From contig CAWHDZ010000030.1 in assembly GCA_963828255.1 (NCBI GenBank), positions 32,001 through 96,000 of the forward strand: DNA of 64,000 nucleotides, written 5' to 3'. Origin of the DNA: an uncultured delta proteobacterium. GTDB lineage: Bacteria > Myxococcota > Myxococcia > Myxococcales > Anaeromyxobacteraceae. Every line of letters begins with the position of its first letter. Within the stretch, counting starts at the first letter, position 1. The notes beneath the pieces were generated by a model, which was given only the letters and a program-made list of their open reading frames with translations, did no database searches and was not told where the DNA came from. Shown one piece after another: positions 55,530 through 64,000 of the stretch. Both the position numbers and the translations under genes were made by a program.

Positions 55530-56143
55530 CGGCCGAGGACCGGCTGGGCTGGGCGCTCGTCGCCGCCAGCTACCTCCTCGGCTCGATCCCCTTCGGGCTC
55601 CTGCTCGGGCGCTTCGTCGCCGGCGTGGACGTCCGGGAGGAGGGCTCCGGCAACATCGGCGCCACCAACGTGGCCCGCACCGCCGGCCGGCGCCTGGGGG
55701 TGCTCACCCTGGTCCTCGACGCGGCCAAGGGGGCCATCCCGGTGGGGATCGCCGCCTGGGCGTTCGGGGTCCCGCACGACGCCGCCTGGCCGGCCGCGGC
55801 CGGGCTCTCCGCCTTCCTCGGGCACGTCTTCCCGGTCTGGCTGCGCTTCCGGGGAGGCAAGGGCGTGGCCACCGCGCTCGGGGCCTTCCTCGCCCTCACC
55901 CCGTGGCTCACGCTGGGCGCCGCCCTGGTCTTCGGCGCGGCCTTCGCCGCCAGCAAGGTGGTCTCGGTGAGCTCGCTCGCCGCCACGGCCGCGCTGGCCG
56001 GGGGCGCGGCCCTCGTCCACGGGAAGGGCGCCCCGGTGACACAGGTGGCGCTCGTCGTGCTCCTCGTCATCGTGGTCCGCCACCAGTCGAACATCCGGCG
56101 GATGCTTCGGGGCGAGGAGTCGCGGCTGCCGCCCCGTCCCTAG
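55526..56143 (+). CDS. plsY: Glycerol-3-phosphate acyltransferase PlsY
   Basis: GSGNIGATN, FRGGKGVAT, RHQSNI. Confidence 0.95.
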   Translation: MTAEDRLGWALVAASYLLGSIPFGLLLGRFVAGVDVREEGSGNIGATNVARTAGRRLGVLTLVLDAAKGAIPVGIAAWAFGVPHDAAWPAAAGLSAFLGHVFPVWLRFRGGKGVATALGAFLALTPWLTLGAALVFGAAFAASKVVSVSSLAATAALAGGAALVHGKGAPVTQVALVVLLVIVVRHQSNIRRMLRGEESRLPPRP

Positions 56144-58797
56144 AGGTTCGGGACCGGGTTCATCTCGCCGGCCGGGCGGATGAGGACCTGGCGCGGCTTC
56201 ACGCCGTTGGGCGGCCCGACCACTCCCTCGCGCTCCATGCGCTCGACGATCTTGGCGGCCTTGTTGTAGCCGAGCCGCATCTCCCGCTGGAGCTTGGAGA
56301 CCGACACCTCCTCCATGCGGGAGACCAGGGCCAGCGCCTCGTCGTAGACCGGGTCCTCGTCGTCGTCGTCGCGCCGCGAGTCGCCGGCGCCGTCGCGCGC
56401 CTTCAGGATCGAGTCGTCGAAGACCGGGCGCCCCTGCTGCTTCAGGAACCCGACCACGCCGGCGATCTCCTCCTCGGAGACGAAGGCACCCTGCACGCGG
56501 GTGACCGGCTGGGTGGCGGTGAGGACCAGCATGTCGCCGTCGCCGAGCAGCGCCTCCGCGCCCGGGCCATTGATGATGGTGGTCGAGTCGTGGCGCGAGG
56601 CCAGACGGAAGCTGATGCGGGCCGGGAAGTTGTTCTTGATCATCCCGGTGATGACGTCGGTGGAGGGGCGCTGCGTGGCCACGATGAGGTGGATGCCGGT
56701 GGCCCGGGCCTTCTGGGCCAGGCGGGCCAGCGAGATCTCCACCTCGCGCGGCGCGGTCATCATGAGGTCGGCCAGCTCGTCGATGACCACCACCATGTAG
56801 GGGAGCTTCTGGGGGGGCTTCTTCTCGCCGGGGACGGGGGCCCGGAGCGGATCCTCGAAGAGCGGGACCTGCTCCTCGCGGGCCAGCCGCGCCGCGGCCT
56901 CCTCCTCCGTTTCACCTTCGGTCACATCGACGACGAGCAGCTTCCGGGGCGGCGGCTCGTCCTGGTCCCCGAAGGTGCGCCCCTCGGCGCGCAGCTTCTC
57001 GACCTTGGCGTTGTAGGACTTGAGGTCCTTCGAGCCGGTGTCGGCCAGGATCTGGGTGCGCCGCTCCATCTCGTCGACGGCCCACTGGAGCGCCCGGGCC
57101 GCCTTCTGCGGATCGGTCACCACCGGCAGCAGGAGATGGGGGATGTCCTCGTAGATGGAGAGCTCGGTCATCTTCGGGTCAACCATGATCATGCGCACCT
57201 GGTCCGGCGCGTGCCGGTAGAGGAGCGAGAGGATCATGGTGTTCAGGCCGACCGACTTGCCGGCGCCGGTGGTGCCGGCGATGAGCAGGTGGGGCATCCT
57301 CTGGAGGTCCACGCAGTACGGGATGCCCTCGATGTTCTTGCCGAGCGCGAGCGGCAGGAGCCCGGCGGCCCGGTCGAAGGCGTCGCACTCGATGACGTCC
57401 CGAAGGTAGACGGTGGCCCGGTCGCGGTTCGGCACCTCGATGCCCACCACTCCCTTGCCGGGGATGGGCGCGATGATGCGGATGCGCGTGGCCGACAGGG
57501 CCATGGTGAGTTCCTTGTCGAGGTTCTCGATCCGGGAGAGCTTCACCCCGGCCACCGGCATGAACTCGTAGAGCGTGACCACCGGCCCCGGCCGGATGTG
57601 CCGGATGGCGCCGTCCACGCCGTGCTGCCGCAGCGTCGAGACGATGATCTCGGCCACCTTCTGCATCCCGGCCTCGTCGAGCTCCCCCTTGGGCTGCTCG
57701 TGGCGGGTGAGCAGGTCCACCGAGGGAAGCTTGAACACCTCGCCCGACTGCATGAAGGCGAACTCGGGAGCGTCCTTCGCCCTCTTCTTCTTGCCGCGCT
57801 CCTGCATGGCCGCCGAGACCACGATCTCCGGGCGGGCCGGGCCGGACTCGAGCGGCAGCGGGTCGGGCGTGGGCTCGGGGGGGACGGCCGCGACCACGAG
57901 CGGCTGCGGGGTGGGGATGGGCTCCTCGCCCTTCTCCTCCTTGACGCGTCGGCGGCGCCGGGGAAGCTCGTCCTCCTCCGCGTCGGCGGTGGCCCAGGCC
58001 GGCTCGTCGTCGAGCCGCCCGCGCTTCTTCTCCCGGACCAGCGCGCCGGCCATGGCGCGCCCTTCCCGCTCCTCGCCCGAGACCGCCTCGATCACGGCGG
58101 CCCCGTCGAGCTCCTCCTCGCGGGCCCGCTGGGCGGCTTCCTCGGCACGCATCTCGGCCACCGCGGCGCGGTGCCGGTCGATGGCGACCGCGACCCGGTG
58201 GACCGACCAGTTCCAGGCCGAGCGGATGGCCTCCCAGGCGACCGCCCAGACCTGCTGCACCTTCACGTCGGTGGCCACGATGAGCGCCACCACGGAGCCG
58301 GCCCCCACGACGAGCGCCGTCCCGACCGGGCCGATGAGCGACTCGGCCCGGGTACAGAGCAGCCGCCCCACGACGCCGCCCGGCGCGAAGCTGGCGATCC
58401 CGCGGCCGGACAGGAAGAGGTGGGCCAGGGTGGCGACGGAGGCGGTGAGGACGAGGTAGGCGGCGGACCCGACCAGGGTGACCCGGGGCGACTGGCCGCG
58501 GAAGAGGGCGACGGCGGTGACGACGAGGGCCACCGGCAAGACCAGGGCCGAGAACCCCAGCACCTGGTAGAGCGCCCGCGCGACGTGGTGCCCGACCGGG
58601 CCGACCAGGTTCGAGGCCGGCGGCACACCGTGGGTGATGAGCTGCCCGTCGAGCGCCGAGAAGGTGACGAGTGCGATGGCCAGGACCGTCCCGAGCGCGA
58701 GCAGTCCGACCGCCAGGATGTCGCGCCCCATGCCGGTCTTCCCGGAGCCCCCGTCGCGGCTCTTCTCGGACTTCCGGTTGCCCTTCAGCTTTCCCAT
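56140..58797 (-). CDS. ftsK: DNA translocase FtsK
   Basis: 4TM N-terminus, GTTGAGKS, DELADLM, ATQRPS, gamma domain GYNKAA. Confidence 0.96.
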   Translation of the reverse strand: MGKLKGNRKSEKSRDGGSGKTGMGRDILAVGLLALGTVLAIALVTFSALDGQLITHGVPPASNLVGPVGHHVARALYQVLGFSALVLPVALVVTAVALFRGQSPRVTLVGSAAYLVLTASVATLAHLFLSGRGIASFAPGGVVGRLLCTRAESLIGPVGTALVVGAGSVVALIVATDVKVQQVWAVAWEAIRSAWNWSVHRVAVAIDRHRAAVAEMRAEEAAQRAREEELDGAAVIEAVSGEEREGRAMAGALVREKKRGRLDDEPAWATADAEEDELPRRRRRVKEEKGEEPIPTPQPLVVAAVPPEPTPDPLPLESGPARPEIVVSAAMQERGKKKRAKDAPEFAFMQSGEVFKLPSVDLLTRHEQPKGELDEAGMQKVAEIIVSTLRQHGVDGAIRHIRPGPVVTLYEFMPVAGVKLSRIENLDKELTMALSATRIRIIAPIPGKGVVGIEVPNRDRATVYLRDVIECDAFDRAAGLLPLALGKNIEGIPYCVDLQRMPHLLIAGTTGAGKSVGLNTMILSLLYRHAPDQVRMIMVDPKMTELSIYEDIPHLLLPVVTDPQKAARALQWAVDEMERRTQILADTGSKDLKSYNAKVEKLRAEGRTFGDQDEPPPRKLLVVDVTEGETEEEAAARLAREEQVPLFEDPLRAPVPGEKKPPQKLPYMVVVIDELADLMMTAPREVEISLARLAQKARATGIHLIVATQRPSTDVITGMIKNNFPARISFRLASRHDSTTIINGPGAEALLGDGDMLVLTATQPVTRVQGAFVSEEEIAGVVGFLKQQGRPVFDDSILKARDGAGDSRRDDDDEDPVYDEALALVSRMEEVSVSKLQREMRLGYNKAAKIVERMEREGVVGPPNGVKPRQVLIRPAGEMNPVPNL

Positions 58798-58939
58798 GGA
58801 TCCTCGGCGATATCGCGGGTGTAGGGGCGCGTGCGCCCCCGGAGCCGACGATATCGTCGGAGGGGGAAGGGTCAATTTTTCCGCCGGGATCGGTGGCTTG
58901 CGCGGGTCCGTGCATCGGGGCTACCTTGGATGGCCTCCC

Positions 58940-60250
58940 ATGGACGTCCGCTGCGAGCGATGCCGGGCAGAGTATGTCGTGGACGACGCCCGGATCCCCG
59001 AGGCGGGCGTGAAGGTCGGCTGCACCCAGTGCGGCCACGGGTTCCTGCTCAGGAAGAGGGTGCTCGCCGTCGCCGTGCCCTTGAAGGGGGGCGACGGGGA
59101 GACCCCGCTTCCCCTCCCCGAACTCGCGCCCGCATCCGGCGATGCGAGCAACATGGGGGAGGGCGTCGTCCGGGGCGAATGGCGGCTCCGGCAGGAATCG
59201 GGCGGGGTCTTCCCGTTCCGCGAGATCTCCACCCTGCAGCGCTGGATCGTCGAGCGGAAGGCCTCGCGGGACGACGAGGTGGCCTCCGCCCGGGACGGGG
59301 AGGCCTGGCGCCGGCTGGGCGACATCCCCGAGCTTCGGAGCTTCTTCGCCGTGGTCGAGAAAGCCGGCCGGGGAGGGGAGCCGAGGCCGGACCGGGGGCC
59401 GCCCGAGACCCGCGCCGCGCCCGGGATGGAGGATCCCGCCTGGGCGAGCGACCCTGGCCGACCTGCCCGCAGGACCACCCGCTCGCTCCCGGCGGTGCCG
59501 CGGCGGAGGCGCCGCGTGGTCTGGGTGGCGCTCCTCGCGCTCGCGCTCCTGGGCGTGGCGGCCGGCACCGTCTACCTCAGGCGCGGTGCGGAGGCCGCAG
59601 CCGAGGCCGCGGCGGCCGCAAAGGTGGCGGCTCAGGCCAAGGTCCCGCCGCCCGCGGTGGCGCCGCCCCCGAAGCCGGTGGTCCAGGTCGCCGTCCAGGC
59701 TGCAACCGAGCCGACCCGTGACTCCGCTCCGCCGCTGGCGCCGCCGGTCGGGCCGGAGAGCACCGTCGCCACCGCCGCTCCGGCCGCGATCCCTGCCGCT
59801 GCGGTCGTGCCCCCTGCCGCTCCGGTCGCGACCCCCGCCGCTCCCGCGCCCGCGCCGGCCGCACGCCCCGCTCCGCGCGACGAGGCCACCTCCGCGCTGC
59901 GCACCCTGCTGGCCCAGGCCCGGGACCAGCGGGACCGTGGCCGGAGCGAGGCGGCGCTCGACCTCTACGGCCGGGCGCTCTCCATCGACGGGAGAAACGC
60001 CGGCGCCCTCGCCGGGCGCGGGGCGTGCTATCTGGATCTCTCGCGGTATGCCCAGGCGGAGGCCAGCTTCGAGGCAGCGCTCGAGGCCGACCCCCGCAAC
60101 GCCGAGGCGCTCTTCGGCCTGGCCGAGACCTGCCGCTACATGGGGAAGAAGGGCGACGCCGTGGCCTGGTACGAGAAGTTCCTGGCCGTTCGGCCAACCG
60201 GAGACGACGCCGCCGCGGCGCGGCGGCTCATCAGCCAGCTGAAGGAGTGA
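58940..60250 (+). CDS. Zinc-ribbon (MJ0042-type) / TM / TPR protein
   Basis: CERC...CTQC, 'LQRWI', TM helix, Pro/Ala linker, TPRs. Confidence 0.8.
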   Translation: MDVRCERCRAEYVVDDARIPEAGVKVGCTQCGHGFLLRKRVLAVAVPLKGGDGETPLPLPELAPASGDASNMGEGVVRGEWRLRQESGGVFPFREISTLQRWIVERKASRDDEVASARDGEAWRRLGDIPELRSFFAVVEKAGRGGEPRPDRGPPETRAAPGMEDPAWASDPGRPARRTTRSLPAVPRRRRRVVWVALLALALLGVAAGTVYLRRGAEAAAEAAAAAKVAAQAKVPPPAVAPPPKPVVQVAVQAATEPTRDSAPPLAPPVGPESTVATAAPAAIPAAAVVPPAAPVATPAAPAPAPAARPAPRDEATSALRTLLAQARDQRDRGRSEAALDLYGRALSIDGRNAGALAGRGACYLDLSRYAQAEASFEAALEADPRNAEALFGLAETCRYMGKKGDAVAWYEKFLAVRPTGDDAAAARRLISQLKE

Positions 60251-60255
60251 ACGAA

Positions 60256-60594
60256 ATGTCGGAAACCGTGAAGCCCTCCCACACCGAGGACGACTACTTC
60301 GCGAAGGAGGACGCCGAGAAGAAGCGCAAGCTCGCGCTGAGCGTCCACAAGGCCATGGCCGCCGACGAGGCGCGCCGGCTCAAGGACCTGCACCGGGGGC
60401 ACTGCCCCAACTGCGGCCAGTCCATGCACGAGGTGAAGCTCCGCGGCGTGCCGGTGGACATCTGCTTCGCGTGCAACGGCATCTTCCTCGAGGCCCACGA
60501 GGTCGCGGCCTTCCAGGGCCAGATCAACGAGGGCCGGCGCGGCGTGGTGGCGGCCTTCCTCAACTGGCTGACGCCCGAGTCGGGCCAGAAGTAG
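60256..60594 (+). CDS. zf-TFIIB domain protein
   Basis: EDDYF, CPNCG...CFACNGIFL. Confidence 0.75.
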   Translation: MSETVKPSHTEDDYFAKEDAEKKRKLALSVHKAMAADEARRLKDLHRGHCPNCGQSMHEVKLRGVPVDICFACNGIFLEAHEVAAFQGQINEGRRGVVAAFLNWLTPESGQK

Positions 60595-60598
60595 CCGG

Positions 60599-60885
60599 AT
60601 GGCGCTGTCCACCGACGAGGTCCGGCGCATCGCGGCGCTGGCCAGGCTCCGGCTCTCGCCCGAGGAGGAGACGCGGCTCGCCGGCGAGCTCTCCGCCATC
60701 CTCGACTACGTCCGGCAGCTCGAGGAGCTCGACGTCTCCGCGGTCGAGCCCATGACCCACGCCCTCGCCGCCGGGGAGACCCCCTTCCGCGTGGACGAGG
60801 TGCTGCCCGGGCTGCAGCCCGATGAGGCGCTCGCCAACGCGCCCTCGCGCTCCGGGAACTGCTTCCAGGTGCCCAGGATCATCGA

Positions 60886-60889
<4 letters not shown>
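60599..60889 (+). CDS. gatC: Asp/Glu-tRNA amidotransferase subunit C
   Basis: [22 protein letters not shown]. Confidence 0.93.
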
Positions 60890-62354
<1,465 letters not shown>

Positions 62355-62358
<4 letters not shown>

Positions 62359-62804
62359 ACGGGCCCACCCGCAAGATGGCCGTGGTGGTGTGGGGCGCCC
62401 TCCTGGCCACGCCCGTGCTCTTCGCCGGGGTGACGCTCGCCGCGTCGCCGCCCCACGACCTGCGATCGCCCGAGTTCGCCGGGCTCTTCCGCTGGATGTC
62501 GGCGGCCGTGGTGGGGCTCGGGGTGGCGCTCTCCCGCATCCTCCCGCCCCGCCTCCGGCGGCACGACAAGGGGTCGCGGGACGCGGTGGCCTTCACGCGG
62601 TTCGTGGTGGCCGGGGCCATCCTGGAGGGGGCGGCCATGTTCCCCCTGGTGGCCGAGCTCGTGACCGGCGACCAGCTGCTCTACCTGCTCAGCGCCGCGG
62701 CGGTCGCCGCGCAGCTCTCCCTCTTCCCGTCGGAGGAGCGCTGGAAGGGATTCGCGGTCCAGCCGCTCGACGGCAGCGCCGCCGCCCGGAGGACGCCCCG
62801 GTGA
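62355..62804 (+). CDS. Hypothetical 4-TM membrane protein
   Basis: Start and stop overlap gatA and gatB; hydrophobic. Confidence 0.65.
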
Positions 62805-64000
62805 TCTCCGACTGGCAGCTCGTCGTCGGGCTCGAGGTCCACGCCCAGCTCCTCACCCGGAGCAAGATCTTCTGCGGCTGCCCGACCGCCTTCGGCGGCG
62901 AGCCCAACACCCACGTCTGCCCGGTCTGCCTGGGCATGCCGGGCGTGCTCCCGGCGCTCAACCGCCAGGTGGTCGAGTTCGCCGTGCGCACCGGGCTCGC
63001 GCTGGGCTGCGCCATCCAGGAGAAGAGCGTCTTCGCGCGGAAGAACTACTTCTATCCGGACCTCCCCAAGGGCTACCAGGTGAGCCAGTACGAGCTGCCC
63101 ATCTGCCTGGGCGGAGGCGTGGAGTTCACGCTCGACGGCGCCCACCGCCGGGTGCGCCTCACCCGGATCCACATGGAGGAGGACGCCGGGAAGAACCTGC
63201 ACGGCGTCGCCGCCGACGGCTCGTCCGGGGTGGACCTGAACCGGGCCGGGGTCCCGCTCATCGAGATCGTCAGCGAGCCGGACATCCGCTCCATCGACGA
63301 GACGGTCGAGTACCTCAAGGCGCTCCGCGCCGTCCTCATGTACCTCGGGGTGAACGACGGCAACCTCGAGGAGGGGTCGTTCCGCTGCGACGCCAACGTC
63401 TCGGTGATGCCAGTGGGCTCCACCGTGCTGGGCACCCGCTGCGAGCTCAAGAACATGAACTCCTTCCGCTTCCTGCGGCAGGCCATCGAGTACGAGGTGA
63501 AGCGGCAGGTGGAGATCCTGGAGGGCGGCGGGAAGATCGTGCAGGAGACCCGCCTCTTCGACCCGCAGCGCGGGGAGACCCGCTCGATGCGCTCGAAGGA
63601 GGAGGCCCACGACTACCGCTACTTCCCCGAGCCCGACCTGCCGCCGGTGCGGGTCCCGGCCGCCTGGGTCGAGGAGATCCGCGGCACGCTACCCGAGCTG
63701 CCCCGGGCCCGCGCCGCCCGCTACCAGCGCGACCTGGGGCTCTCCGCCTACGACGCCGGCGTCCTCACCGCCGACCGGGAGACGGCCGAGTTCTTCGACG
63801 CCGCCCTGGCGGCGCGAGGGGGCGGGGCAGAGGCGGCCAAGCGCATCGCCAACCTCCTGAACGGGGAGGTGGCCCGGCTCGCCAACGAGAGCGGCCTCGC
63901 GACCTCGAGCTGGAAGCTCACGCCTGCGGCGCTCTCCGGCGTGGTTCGCCTCGCCGATCAGGGGGTCATCGGCGGGCCGGGCGTGCGCCAGGTGATCGAG
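62801..64000 (+). CDS. gatB: Asp/Glu-tRNA amidotransferase subunit B (runs off the window)
   Basis: [31 protein letters not shown]. Confidence 0.96.
   Translation, partial: MISDWQLVVGLEVHAQLLTRSKIFCGCPTAFGGEPNTHVCPVCLGMPGVLPALNRQVVEFAVRTGLALGCAIQEKSVFARKNYFYPDLPKGYQVSQYELPICLGGGVEFTLDGAHRRVRLTRIHMEEDAGKNLHGVAADGSSGVDLNRAGVPLIEIVSEPDIRSIDETVEYLKALRAVLMYLGVNDGNLEEGSFRCDANVSVMPVGSTVLGTRCELKNMNSFRFLRQAIEYEVKRQVEILEGGGKIVQETRLFDPQRGETRSMRSKEEAHDYRYFPEPDLPPVRVPAAWVEEIRGTLPELPRARAARYQRDLGLSAYDAGVLTADRETAEFFDAALAARGGGAEAAKRIANLLNGEVARLANESGLATSSWKLTPAALSGVVRLADQGVIGGPGVRQVIE

Overview
A very GC-rich (about 70% or more), gene-dense chromosomal window that resembles Anaeromyxobacter-like Myxococcota (inferred from gene content: PilZ-REC, PEGA, zinc-ribbon/TPR and multicopy-type HNH genes). 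Most of it is housekeeping: a glnB-ntrB-ntrC-glnA nitrogen locus, pyk, a TetR/RND efflux operon followed by an RlmN-like gene, an ECF sigma operon, PiT/DUF47, purF, HU, a partial nuoEFJK cluster, carbonic anhydrase, gpsA/plsY, ftsK and gatCAB. An accessory, decaying island at about 41.7-47.8 kb holds vapBC, two paralogous small membrane-protein genes with a conserved leader, an IS50-like (IS4 family) element, and deleted glycosyltransferase genes. The IS is flanked by inverted 3' halves of two different HNH-endonuclease paralogues. The main leads are: (i) the IS/HNH arrangement, which implies site-specific targeting of a multicopy HNH family; (ii) small membrane peptides with shared cis-elements, including an unannotated 24-aa ORF; (iii) an ECF/anti-sigma/DUF3106 operon whose last small protein resembles the anti-sigma tail; and (iv) an extensively base-paired intergenic region of about 430 nt after the helicase. 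I saw no CRISPR array, rRNA or tRNA. All family assignments come from motif recognition, not database searches.
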